A stretch of DNA of 64,000 nt from Candidatus Brocadiia bacterium. GTDB lineage: Bacteria; Planctomycetota; PUPC01. The notes under the pieces were generated by a model. The model was not told the DNA's origin. It was given only the letters and a program-made list of their open reading frames with translations, and did no database searches. The stretch lies in assembly GCA_030605345.1 (NCBI GenBank), contig JAUWIN010000002.1, positions 1,672 through 65,671 on the forward strand. The letters are read 5' to 3'. The position numbers were made by a program, and so were the translations under genes. Below, one piece after another: positions 28,345 through 37,748 of the stretch (the first letter of the stretch is position 1; each line of letters opens with the position of its first letter).

Positions 28345-30272
28345 GGAGCCTGATGCCACAGTATAAAGTCCTCTTTATGCCATTCAACAAGACCGTCTCT
28401 GTGGGGGCCGGGACGACACTTCTCCAGGCGGCAGCAGCCGCCCACATCACCATAGACAGTGTGTGCGGCGGTGAGGGGATATGCGGCCGCTGTAAGATGA
28501 TTGTCAAACAAGGCGAAGTGGGCGGCGCCCCTACGATGCTGCTCACTCGCGAAGAGATACAGCGCGGCGTGGTCCTTGGCTGCCAAAGCTACCCGGAAAG
28601 CGACCTGGTCGTCAACATCCCGAAGGAAACGCGGGCTACGGAGAAAATAAGCATCGATAAAGATGCCCAGCGCTTCCGCGCCGCCGCGCCGGAGACCGCC
28701 GCCAGAACCTTTACCAAGGAACCCCTGGTCACGAAAGTTCCCCTGAAACTGGACCGCCCCACGCTGGCGAATAATCTCTCCGATTGCGAGCGCATCAAGG
28801 TCAAAATCCGCAAACTAACGGGCATCACCTCGATCCAGGCCGGACTCAAGGTCATCCGGCGCCTGCCGGAAATCCTCCGGCAAAGCGATTTCACAGTGAC
28901 GGCCGTGCTTGGCAGGCGCAGCGGCATTGCCGAAATGATGGACCTCGAGACCGGCGACACTTCCGCCCAGAACTATCTGGCCGTGGTGGACGTTGGCACG
29001 TCCACCATCGTCGCGCACCTGGTGGACGCGGTGAGCGCAGTCACCGTGGACACCCAGGCGTGCTTCAACTCGCAGTCAGTGTACGGGGCGGAAGTGACAG
29101 CCCGAATGATCACCGCCGAAAAAAAAGGGCCCGAAGAGCTTCGGGCCGCGGTAGTGGACGACATAAACGGCCTGATCGAATCAATCGCGGCGAGAAACCA
29201 CGTGAACCTGAAACACATCACCGCCGTAGTGTGCGCAGGCAACACCGCAATGATGCACTTTCTGCTGCGGCTGCCCGTCTATAACATTCGGCGCGACCCC
29301 TTCGTGGCCGCCTCGACCGGGCCCCCGCCCTTTCGGGCTGCGGAAGCCGGGCTCAAAATCAATCCCCGGGGCCTGCTCTTCTTCGTGCCCGGTTTCAGCG
29401 GCTGGGCTGGCGGCGACCTGACCGCCGGTGTCCTCGCCACCGGACTCGCCGAGATGGACCAGGTCGGAATGCTCATCGACATCGGCACGAACGGCGAAAT
29501 TATCCTCGGAAATAAGGACTGGCTGGTCGCCTGTTCCGCGTCAACCGGCCCGGCACTGGAGGCCGCCAGTATCGCATGCGGGATGATGGCGACGGAGGGA
29601 GCAATCGAAAAAGCCTTCATCCAGGACGGCGAAATCCGCTACAAGGTCATCGGCGACGTTCCGCCCAAAGGTATCTGCGGATCGGGCGTTATCGACCTCA
29701 TCGCCGTCTTGCTGGCGCAGGGCATCATCGACCGCGGCGGCAAATTTGTCGAGGGGAGCCGCCCGAATGTGCAATTCAAGAAAGGCACCGGAAGATTCGT
29801 CATCGCCCGGGCCAAGGCGGGCACCACAAGTCGGGAGGTCTATGTTGCACAGGACGACATCGATAACGTAATCACGGCGAAGGCGGCGGTTTTCGCGGCG
29901 ACAAAAATCCTCCTCGACCGCCTCAAGTTCCCCCTCTCCGAAATCAAAAAACTGTTCATCGCCGGAGGATTCGGCAACTACATCAACCTGGAGAACGCCG
30001 TTGCCATCGGCCTTCTGCCGGACCTGCCGGCGGACCGCCTGCAATACGTGGGAAACACCTCGATCCGCGGTGCGAAACTTGCCGCACTCTCCTGCGAGGC
30101 ATACGAGGAACTGCACCGGATTGCGAAAAAAACCACCTATTACGACCTGATGGGAAGCCCGGATTACGTGGAACAGTTCCAGCAGGCGATGTTCCTGCCG
30201 CACACCAACATTGAGCTCTTCCCTTCGCTTCTGCAAAAGGCCAAAAAACAGGTGGCAGGAAAGAACCGTTGA
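28341..30272 (+). CDS. acsV: Corrinoid activation (RACo-type) protein AcsV: 2Fe-2S ferredoxin + ASKHA ATPase
   Basis: N-terminal DSVCGGEGICGRCKM plant-type ferredoxin motif, long ASKHA-like C-terminal domain, ~640 aa, located between acsC and acsD. Confidence 0.7.
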   Translation: MRSLMPQYKVLFMPFNKTVSVGAGTTLLQAAAAAHITIDSVCGGEGICGRCKMIVKQGEVGGAPTMLLTREEIQRGVVLGCQSYPESDLVVNIPKETRATEKISIDKDAQRFRAAAPETAARTFTKEPLVTKVPLKLDRPTLANNLSDCERIKVKIRKLTGITSIQAGLKVIRRLPEILRQSDFTVTAVLGRRSGIAEMMDLETGDTSAQNYLAVVDVGTSTIVAHLVDAVSAVTVDTQACFNSQSVYGAEVTARMITAEKKGPEELRAAVVDDINGLIESIAARNHVNLKHITAVVCAGNTAMMHFLLRLPVYNIRRDPFVAASTGPPPFRAAEAGLKINPRGLLFFVPGFSGWAGGDLTAGVLATGLAEMDQVGMLIDIGTNGEIILGNKDWLVACSASTGPALEAASIACGMMATEGAIEKAFIQDGEIRYKVIGDVPPKGICGSGVIDLIAVLLAQGIIDRGGKFVEGSRPNVQFKKGTGRFVIARAKAGTTSREVYVAQDDIDNVITAKAAVFAATKILLDRLKFPLSEIKKLFIAGGFGNYINLENAVAIGLLPDLPADRLQYVGNTSIRGAKLAALSCEAYEELHRIAKKTTYYDLMGSPDYVEQFQQAMFLPHTNIELFPSLLQKAKKQVAGKNR

Positions 30273-30273
30273 C

Positions 30274-31026
30274 ATGGGTAAGCTGATCGCGGTGACCGGC
30301 AAAGGTGGAGTAGGAAAAACCGTCGTGGCAGCACTGATGATAAGACACCTCAGGGAACACGCATCGGGACCTATTCTCGCCATCGACGCCGACCCGGACG
30401 CCAACCTCGGAACCGTCCTCGGCGTTTCCATCCCCACCACTCTGGGCGACGTCCGGGAAGACACGCTGAAACAAGTCTCGAAACTCCCGGCGGGAATGGA
30501 CAAGGCGGCATACATCGAGGCGGGCCTGCACGAAACAATCGTCGAAACCCCAAAAATTGACTTCCTGGCCATGGGCCGTTCCGAAGGACCTGGATGTTAC
30601 TGCTACGTCAACAACCTCCTCCGCAAGTTCGCCGACGACCTGTTCCCCTCTTACCAGTGGCTGGTGATGGACAGCGAAGCAGGTATGGAACACCTGAGCA
30701 GAAGGACCGCATCGAAGGTGGACCACCTTGTCGTGGTGGTGAACGAGAGCCCGCTTTCCATCGACTGCGCCAGAAGAATTGGCGAGGTCATATCTTCCGT
30801 GAAGAATGAACCACGACACAAATACATCCTGCTCAACGGGGTCACGGAAGACAGAATTGAAGCAGTCCGTGAAAAGGCCGACTGCCTTGACGGGGCCTAT
30901 CTGGGCTATATCCCCCGCGACGAAGCAGTTGAGGAAAAGATATTCAGAGGCGAGTCCCTGTATGGACTTGACGACAGCGGTGCCGCGCTGAAAATGAAAC
31001 AGGTGATGAAAAAACTGGGAGCGTAA
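30274..31026 (+). CDS. acsF: Second CooC/AcsF-type Ni-insertion ATPase
   Basis: MGKLIAVTGKGGVGKTV Walker A, CYCYVN motif; start taken at ATG overlapping acsV stop. Confidence 0.8.
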   Translation: MGKLIAVTGKGGVGKTVVAALMIRHLREHASGPILAIDADPDANLGTVLGVSIPTTLGDVREDTLKQVSKLPAGMDKAAYIEAGLHETIVETPKIDFLAMGRSEGPGCYCYVNNLLRKFADDLFPSYQWLVMDSEAGMEHLSRRTASKVDHLVVVVNESPLSIDCARRIGEVISSVKNEPRHKYILLNGVTEDRIEAVREKADCLDGAYLGYIPRDEAVEEKIFRGESLYGLDDSGAALKMKQVMKKLGA

Positions 31027-31028
31027 AA

Positions 31029-31994
31029 ATGCAAATCGCCGACGTCAAAGAAAAGTGGACGAATCAGATCAACACAGTCACCATCGGCGCCACAAAAGAG
31101 CAGGGCGGAACGCGAGGGAGCACCATAACCGTAGGCGGACAGACAACCCTCCCGTTCCTCACCTTCGAAGGCGAGCTACCCAACCGCCCAGTAGTGGCAG
31201 GGGTGGTGACGGATGTCCCCCCTGAAGACTGGCCCGAAGTGCTGAAACAGTCAATCGGGGACGAGATTAACTCCCCCGCCGAATGGGCACAGAAGTGCGT
31301 GGAAAAGTTCAAGGTTGATGCGATCAGTCTGAAACTTCTGGGGCCCGACCCGTCGGGCAAGAACCTTTCTGCCTCAGAGGCAGCGGACGCCGTCAAGGCA
31401 GTCCTGGAGGCGGTTGATGTCCCCCTCATCATGTGGGGCTGCGGCGACGAGGAAAAAGACAACGAGGTCCTTCCGGAGTGTTCCCAGGCCGCCAAGGGCG
31501 AAAACTGCCTCATCGGCTCGGCCACCGAGTCAAACTACAGAACACTCGGCGCTATCGGCAAGGCGGACAAGCACAAACTCATCGCCGAGGCACCCGTTGA
31601 CATCAACATCGCCAAGCAGGTCAATATCCTGCTCGATGACATCGGTTTCGGCTTGGAAGACGTGGTCATGTGCCAGAGCACTGCCGCTCTGGGGTATGGC
31701 TTCGACTACGTCTATACCATCTTTGAACGGGTCAGGACAGCGGGCCTCAGGGGCGACAAGCTGATGGCGCTCCCCCAGATCGCAAACGTAGGCTGGGAGG
31801 TGTGGAAAGTGAAAGAAGCGCAGGCCGACGAGGACATCCTGCCCCGGTGGGGCAAACTGGAAAAGCGCGGGCCGCTGTGGGAAGCCACCACCGCCGCCGG
31901 TTACCTCCAGGCCGGCGCCGACATCCTGACACTGGCGCATCCGGAGGCAATCGCAATTACACGAGAAACCATCAACGAACTGATGACTGAATAG
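31029..31994 (+). CDS. acsD: Corrinoid iron-sulfur protein small subunit AcsD
   Basis: 321 aa, TIM-barrel CFeSP delta-subunit-like sequence, position between cooC2 and acsE. Confidence 0.8.
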   Translation: MQIADVKEKWTNQINTVTIGATKEQGGTRGSTITVGGQTTLPFLTFEGELPNRPVVAGVVTDVPPEDWPEVLKQSIGDEINSPAEWAQKCVEKFKVDAISLKLLGPDPSGKNLSASEAADAVKAVLEAVDVPLIMWGCGDEEKDNEVLPECSQAAKGENCLIGSATESNYRTLGAIGKADKHKLIAEAPVDINIAKQVNILLDDIGFGLEDVVMCQSTAALGYGFDYVYTIFERVRTAGLRGDKLMALPQIANVGWEVWKVKEAQADEDILPRWGKLEKRGPLWEATTAAGYLQAGADILTLAHPEAIAITRETINELMTE

Positions 31995-32014
31995 CCCACG
32001 AAGGGAGACCCAGG

Positions 32015-32788
32015 ATGATATTCATCGGCGAAAGAATCAATACCGGATTCAAAACTATCAAGCAGGCCGTGCTCGACAAGGACCCCGAGCCTATCCGGAA
32101 ATTGGAAAAGAACCAGCCGAACGCCGGAGCAAACTATCTCGACGTCAACCTGGGCGCAGTATCGGGCAAGCCCCAGGACATGTGCTGGATGATCGAGTCG
32201 GTGCAGGAAGCGGTCGAGACGCCCATCTGCATCGACACCAACAAGCCCAAGATACTGGCCGAGGCTATCAAGGCCTGCAAAAAGCCCCCGCTCATCAACT
32301 CGACCACGGCCGCGAACGACAAACTGGACGCTGTCCTGCCGCTGGCCGCCGAGCACAATGCATCCGTAATTGGCGTGGTCATGGACGAAACCGGCACCCC
32401 CAACAGCGCCGACAAGCGCGTGGAAAACGCAGGCACTATCCTCGCCAGGGCAATGGAACTTGGCATGCCGCCGCAGAACATCTTCCTCGACCCCATTGTG
32501 ATGCCCCTGAAGTTCACGCAGGACCAGGCGAAGGAAATCCTCCAGGCCACCCGCCAGTTCACCTTATTCTCGGACCCGCCCCCGCACATCGTCTGCGGCC
32601 TTTCCAACATCTCGAACGATGCCTTGCACAAAAAACTCATCAACCGCATCTTCCTTACCATGGCAATCGCCAACGGTATGGATGCTGCCATCTGCGACGT
32701 GACGGACAGGGAACTTGTCGGCGCCGCCCTCACCGCTGAGCTTATCATGAACAGGGAAATCTACGCGGACTCCTACCTCCGAAAATGA
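32015..32788 (+). CDS. acsE: Methyltetrahydrofolate:corrinoid/iron-sulfur protein methyltransferase AcsE (pterin-binding)
   Basis: 257 aa; MIFIGERINTGFKTI... pterin-binding (DHPS-like) fold signature. Confidence 0.8.
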   Translation: MIFIGERINTGFKTIKQAVLDKDPEPIRKLEKNQPNAGANYLDVNLGAVSGKPQDMCWMIESVQEAVETPICIDTNKPKILAEAIKACKKPPLINSTTAANDKLDAVLPLAAEHNASVIGVVMDETGTPNSADKRVENAGTILARAMELGMPPQNIFLDPIVMPLKFTQDQAKEILQATRQFTLFSDPPPHIVCGLSNISNDALHKKLINRIFLTMAIANGMDAAICDVTDRELVGAALTAELIMNREIYADSYLRK

Positions 32789-33843
32789 AAGTCCTCATCC
32801 TGCGGAGCGAAAAAACCGCCGCCCGCGAAAGCCCGACCCACCCGTACCTCCAGCACTTCAGTAGTTCCTACGCCGAAAAGGTCATCGGCAACCTGACCGG
32901 TGACGACCGTTTCTGTACCGCTTGCGGGCCCGATTGCCTCCACTGCCGGAGAGGATACAACCGCAAGTTCGGCGACGACATCGCAGGGGTCATCGCATTC
33001 CCGGCGGCGCTTCCGCACCTTCTCGAAAACCCAGAGGACCACCTCCCACGCGCCCTGCCGCAACATGACATCATGCTCGCCATCAACATTCACGAGCAGA
33101 TTCTCCTGGAAATCCTCAAGAGGTGCGCTGAAGCGGGGACACGGGGCATCGTGGCGCCGATGGAGGCGCCCGGCTGGGTGAGCGGCTCCGCCCGTACCGA
33201 AGCGAAAACTCTGTGCCGGGAAAACAACATCGAGGTCTCGTTCCCCGAACCTTTCTGTGACTTTGACCCTCCTTCCGGAAGCACGCTCGCCGAGTTCCGG
33301 GAGCGGTTCCACATCGGAAAGCCGGAGGTCGCCCTCGATATACGGCACAACAGGATCAAAGACGCTCGGGTGGAGATCTCAGCACCATGCGGTGCGACCT
33401 ACTATGTGGCGCGATGGCTCCTGGGTAAACACCTCGACGACGACCTGAAGCACGAGGTCGTCTCGAAAAGACTGCACAGTTATCCCTGCACAGCAAGCAT
33501 GAAATGGGACGACGAAATCGGCGACACCCCCCTCCATGTGGCGGCCCTAGCTCACTACGAGATTCTGGCCCAGTTGAAGAAGAAAGCCCAGGAAGACCGG
33601 GGCATGATGATGTCTCCCACCGGTCAAATGATTCCGAGACCTGCGCCGCTTCAGGAAAACCTGAAGAATGTCGAAACAGCCAAGGCCGCGATTTTGGAAA
33701 CTCTCAGCGACGGAAAAGCAGTATCGCTGCATAGCCTGAAGGAAAAGCAGGAAATCACGCCAGCGGCCCTGCATTCGGCACTTCTCATTCTCAAGCAGGA
33801 GGGGAAAATCAGGACAGCGGGAGGAAACATCACCGCGATTTGA
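32785..33843 (+). CDS. Cys-rich hypothetical protein, last gene of acs operon (possibly DUF166-like)
   Basis: CTACGPDCLHCRRGY Cys cluster near N-terminus; translationally coupled (ATGA) to acsE; no confident family assignment from sequence alone. Confidence 0.4.
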   Translation: MKVLILRSEKTAARESPTHPYLQHFSSSYAEKVIGNLTGDDRFCTACGPDCLHCRRGYNRKFGDDIAGVIAFPAALPHLLENPEDHLPRALPQHDIMLAINIHEQILLEILKRCAEAGTRGIVAPMEAPGWVSGSARTEAKTLCRENNIEVSFPEPFCDFDPPSGSTLAEFRERFHIGKPEVALDIRHNRIKDARVEISAPCGATYYVARWLLGKHLDDDLKHEVVSKRLHSYPCTASMKWDDEIGDTPLHVAALAHYEILAQLKKKAQEDRGMMMSPTGQMIPRPAPLQENLKNVETAKAAILETLSDGKAVSLHSLKEKQEITPAALHSALLILKQEGKIRTAGGNITAI

Positions 33844-34026
33844 GCGGTCCTTCCGAGCCGTCGGACTGCCGCGACAGTGTGCCGCCATTGAAGGCGGAAA
33901 GGTCTTTACCTAGGGACACAGGCAAAGTGCTGTTTCGCCTTCTAATGGTTGTACTTCAAACGCGAGGTGCGCTGCACAAGTGTTCCAAGCCCGACCGCAG
34001 CGCTCAAGCAGCCGGGCGTGTTCCGC

Positions 34027-34680
34027 TCAGGCGAACCCGAACTGGCGGAGTCTCTCGAGCGTGATGCCGGCGGCGCGTGACGCGCCGCCAATTTGCCTTG
34101 CCACAATCTTGGCAAGGACGTCGGTCTCAACGTTGACCTTATCGCCGGGTTTTCTAAACCCGAGGGTCGTTTCTTCCAACGTCGTCGGGATGATGGCACA
34201 AGTGAAGAAGTCCTCGCCCACCCCGGCGAGGGTGAGGCTGACGCCGTCCACCGCAACACAGCCCCTGAGGACCATCTGGGATACAAGGACGGTATCGACT
34301 GAAACTCGTATCTCACCGCTTCCACCCGCGGCGGCGGTGGTGATTACGCCGACATCGTCCACGTGCCCCAGGACGAAATGCCCGCCCATCTTGTCTCCGA
34401 CACGAAGTGAGGGTTCAACGTTGACCCTGTCGCCGGCCCGGACGGTTCCAAGTGTGGTGTGGGCAAGGGTTTCGGCGACCACGTCGAACTCGCATACGGT
34501 GCCGCTCTTCGCGGCCACTGTCAGGCAGACGCCGTTTATTGAGATGCTGTCGCCGGCGGCGGCGTCACCGGCGAATGCGCCCAGGTCAACCGCGATGCGG
34601 CCGGCGGCGGACGCAGCGCCCGCAGGCATTGTCGTCGCCTGCATGACCGGCGCCAGCATCCTCACGATTCCGCTGAACAT
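34027..34680 (-). CDS. ribE: Riboflavin synthase alpha chain
   Basis: MFSGIVRMLAPV... duplicated lumazine-binding repeats, ~217 aa; ORF-track start at 34800 adds 40 non-conserved residues. Confidence 0.75.
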   Translation of the reverse strand: MFSGIVRMLAPVMQATTMPAGAASAAGRIAVDLGAFAGDAAAGDSISINGVCLTVAAKSGTVCEFDVVAETLAHTTLGTVRAGDRVNVEPSLRVGDKMGGHFVLGHVDDVGVITTAAAGGSGEIRVSVDTVLVSQMVLRGCVAVDGVSLTLAGVGEDFFTCAIIPTTLEETTLGFRKPGDKVNVETDVLAKIVARQIGGASRAAGITLERLRQFGFA

Positions 34681-34828
34681 CCTGCTCCTCCCATCGCGGG
34701 GATTGTAGCCCGTGGGGTGTGGCAGGTCAACCCGTGCTGCGGATGAAGGAGAAGTCGCATAGTACGTGAGGCTGAGGCACGCGTTCTGCAGGAGAGGCAA
34801 TTTGCCAGGGCTGGCCCGGGTTCCCCGG

Positions 34829-36295
34829 CTATTGAAACGGAGAGGCGCCAGGTTTCCGGATGTCGTCGGCGCCGCTATGGATGTTTTCGAATCCGGCTTC
34901 TTTGAGGCGGCCGACGGCGCACTTGGCCCGCTTGCGGTAGCATTCGGCGTTCATTATCCGCGGGGTAATGAAGATGTATAAACTACTTTTTTCTATCACG
35001 GAATGTTTTGACTTGAACAACCATCCGAGCAGAGGAATGTCGCCGAGGAGTGGGATTTTAGTGGTGCTATCTACTGTCTTTTCGCTGACCAAGCCGCCGA
35101 TGACGAGTGTTTCGCCGTCTCTGAGCCGGACGGTCGTCTCGGCTTTGCGCGAGACGATGACCGGGCGTTCGTCATACTGGCCCTTGTACCCGATGATCTC
35201 GCTGATCTCTGGGGCGACCTTGAGAGTAACTGACTTGCCGCCGTCGTTCACTCGCGGTGTGACGCGGAGTATGGTGCCGGTTTCGACGTCCTCAAAGCCG
35301 GTGACGGTGGACACCCCTGTCTCGAGGTTGGTGGTGTACGTTGGCACGGGGACAGTCGTACCGAGGTTAATTTTGGCTTCCCGGTTGTTGAGTGTTGTGA
35401 TTTCCGGGTTACCTATGAGGTTGGTGCCGCCGTCGGTTTTCAGGGCTTGGAGAACGGCCTTGAGGCCACTGGCGTCGAGCGTGCCGAAGGTGAAATCATC
35501 AGTGCTGGGATAGGGGAACGAATCGTCAACGGAGAACTCGTCGTCGTCTCCATCGCCCGGGTTATTTGACGGCACGAAGTCGCTGTGGCTCTTGCCTTTA
35601 CTGAATGGGAACGTAATCGGTCTGGCGGCGCCGGACGCCGCGAGTCGCGTCTCCCAGTCGATTCCGAGTGTTTCGTCCACGTCGATGGACGCCTCTATGA
35701 TCTCCGCACTAATCGTGACCTGCGGCTCGGGGCGGTCTATCCTTTCGACCACCTTGGCAACGCAGGCCATATTGTCGGGCACGTCGTAGACAATCAAAAT
35801 GTTCCGATTGGTATCTGCTTCAATCTTGCCCACTTTCTCGCTGAGGAACGGCCTGAGGAGCGCCTTCGTCTTCTCGGCGCTGGCGTATTTGAGTTCGAAC
35901 GTCTCGATGGTAGGCCGCTCGACTGCCGGGCCTTTACCGGGCGGGGACGTATAGACTTCGATGACCGAGCCTTTAGTCCGGTACGAAAAACCGTTTATGG
36001 TAACTAGCGAGTGAAGCGCCTCTTTGAGGGACACTTCATTGAAACGGGCAGTGACCGAAGTGGTGACGTCCTTGGCCGTGATGATGCTGAGGCCGAATTG
36101 TTTGGAAAGAATTCTGAGGGCGTCGTCGAGCGGGACATCCTGTAGGTCGAGCGTGACCTTTGCGGTGGAACTGTCGAGCACCTCTGCGGCGCTGACGGAT
36201 TCGGTGTCCGGCGGTTCGGCCGCCCCGGCCGCAGCGCCGCCAAGGGCAAGCGCCACGGCAGACGCCAAACTGAGAAGTGCTTTCATCTGTTTCAC
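34829..36295 (-). CDS. pilQ: Type IV pilus secretin PilQ (GspD/secretin family)
   Basis: Signal peptide, N-domains, C-terminal secretin domain ...GETLVIGGLVSEKTVDSTTKIPLLGDIPLLGWLFKSKHSVIEKSSLYIFITPRIM. Confidence 0.8.
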   Translation of the reverse strand: MKQMKALLSLASAVALALGGAAAGAAEPPDTESVSAAEVLDSSTAKVTLDLQDVPLDDALRILSKQFGLSIITAKDVTTSVTARFNEVSLKEALHSLVTINGFSYRTKGSVIEVYTSPPGKGPAVERPTIETFELKYASAEKTKALLRPFLSEKVGKIEADTNRNILIVYDVPDNMACVAKVVERIDRPEPQVTISAEIIEASIDVDETLGIDWETRLAASGAARPITFPFSKGKSHSDFVPSNNPGDGDDDEFSVDDSFPYPSTDDFTFGTLDASGLKAVLQALKTDGGTNLIGNPEITTLNNREAKINLGTTVPVPTYTTNLETGVSTVTGFEDVETGTILRVTPRVNDGGKSVTLKVAPEISEIIGYKGQYDERPVIVSRKAETTVRLRDGETLVIGGLVSEKTVDSTTKIPLLGDIPLLGWLFKSKHSVIEKSSLYIFITPRIMNAECYRKRAKCAVGRLKEAGFENIHSGADDIRKPGASPFQ

Positions 36296-37155
36296 TCCTT
36301 GAGTTGCAAGAATATCTCTTGCTTACCGCGCCTGAGCACCACGCCGTTTTTGACGACCTTGGCGACTCTGTATCCGTGTATGTATTCTCCTTCAGCGACG
36401 ACTTCGTCGTTGATAAGGGCGATGCCACTGCCACCGGCTCGCGAGATGCCCCGCAGGGTTAGCTTGACGTCGGTCGCGCCTATCTGCGTCTCGACAGTTT
36501 CCTTGGGAGGAGGTGCTATGGCGAAGACCGGCGAACGGGACTCGCTGCCGAGCTTTCCGCGGTCGGCCGCGACGACGTAGCAGCGGTAGGGGCTGTCCTG
36601 CGGCGCGGGGATGGTGAAGGTCCAGGGGCCGTCGCCGGTCTCGCTCGGCGGCGGCTTACCCTCCGCGCGGTGCTGATCTGGGGATTTGTCGGAGCCATAG
36701 TAAAGGACGGCCGAACGGATGCCGCTGTTGCCGGTGGGCTTGTCGGAGACCTCGACCTGAAGTTTCATGGTCTTTTCCCCCCTCGGGCTTTCCTGATCGG
36801 CCGGGGTGCTGATTTTGGGGCCTTGTGCGTCGGGGGGTATGAAGGGGTCGCGGCCCCATTGAAGTTGCATCCGTTTGTGCTGCGCGGCGGGGTCAACCGT
36901 GATGGAGACCCCCACAGATGAAGCAGCGGCGGGCACGTTGGCGTGCTTGTCTCTCGGCGTAGCGCTCGGAGGGCGAGACAGCAGCGTGGTCGTGCCCTTG
37001 GCCGCTGCGGAGTCCTGATTCGCGTTCTGTTGGACTTCCTGCTCTGCGCTTCGGCTCCGTCTGGCCTTCCTGGCCTTGGTCTTCTGGATCTGGCTGTAAC
37101 CGTAGGCCACGACCACCAGGAGGATGGGGCCCAGTACGCACAGCAGTTTCACCAT
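36292..37155 (-). CDS. Membrane-anchored Pro-rich protein in pilP position (PilP-like?)
   Basis: Position between pilO-like and pilQ; TM anchor MVKLLCVLGPILLVVVAY; start moved to internal ATG to reduce overlap with upstream gene; no family motif recognised. Confidence 0.35.
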   Translation of the reverse strand: MVKLLCVLGPILLVVVAYGYSQIQKTKARKARRSRSAEQEVQQNANQDSAAAKGTTTLLSRPPSATPRDKHANVPAAASSVGVSITVDPAAQHKRMQLQWGRDPFIPPDAQGPKISTPADQESPRGEKTMKLQVEVSDKPTGNSGIRSAVLYYGSDKSPDQHRAEGKPPPSETGDGPWTFTIPAPQDSPYRCYVVAADRGKLGSESRSPVFAIAPPPKETVETQIGATDVKLTLRGISRAGGSGIALINDEVVAEGEYIHGYRVAKVVKNGVVLRRGKQEIFLQLKE

Positions 37156-37162
37156 CTTTTTG

Positions 37163-37744
37163 TCACGCTCGGTCAACGGTGTTTCCTCGGGTGGTGGGTC
37201 GCGCTCGCAGGACAAATGTCCCAAGCTTTATCTCTGCTGAGACCGTGCCGCATTTCTGGTCGCGCCTCACGGCCAAGTCTTCGACGACCACTACAAACGA
37301 TAGTTTGTTCAGCGACTGGAGGAAGGCTTGGAGGTCCTTGCCAGAGCACCGGACGGTGACGGCCTTTTGGAGCCACTTGAGCTCGGCGGCCGGTGGCTTC
37401 TTGCGCCCCTCGCTCCAGTCGGTGGCGGACCGCAGCTCGACGTCGTGTGCAGCCATGACGGCCGCTATGCGTGCGGAGAGCCAACTTAGGCGCGATTCCG
37501 GCGGCATTCGATTTTCCAGCCGCCGGATTTCCGCCTTGGCCAGCGCCATTTCGGCGTCCGGGTTTGGGTTCTCCTCCAGCAACTTGCAGAGACCTGCCTG
37601 CCGTTGTGACAACTGGGCTATCCTCTCCTCAGTGTCTCGAATTGCTGCGACGCTGGGCCGGTAGGCAAATAATCCCACCAGCGTCAGCGCCAGAAGTTGA
37701 ACGACAATGAGGAAGGCCAGTCGGCCCTTATGTCCTATCTTCAT
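37163..37744 (-). CDS. Type IV pilus assembly protein PilO-like (GspM fold)
   Basis: Single N-terminal TM, coiled-coil, 193 aa, located between pilM/N and pilP-position genes. Confidence 0.5.
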   Translation of the reverse strand: MKIGHKGRLAFLIVVQLLALTLVGLFAYRPSVAAIRDTEERIAQLSQRQAGLCKLLEENPNPDAEMALAKAEIRRLENRMPPESRLSWLSARIAAVMAAHDVELRSATDWSEGRKKPPAAELKWLQKAVTVRCSGKDLQAFLQSLNKLSFVVVVEDLAVRRDQKCGTVSAEIKLGTFVLRARPTTRGNTVDRA

Positions 37745-37748
37745 CGGG

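Noticed and set aside
33844-34026. Rho-independent terminator in the convergent gap between the acs operon and ribE
   Set aside because: Only short imperfect inverted repeats (gccgcc…ggcgg) without a T-tract; not convincing.
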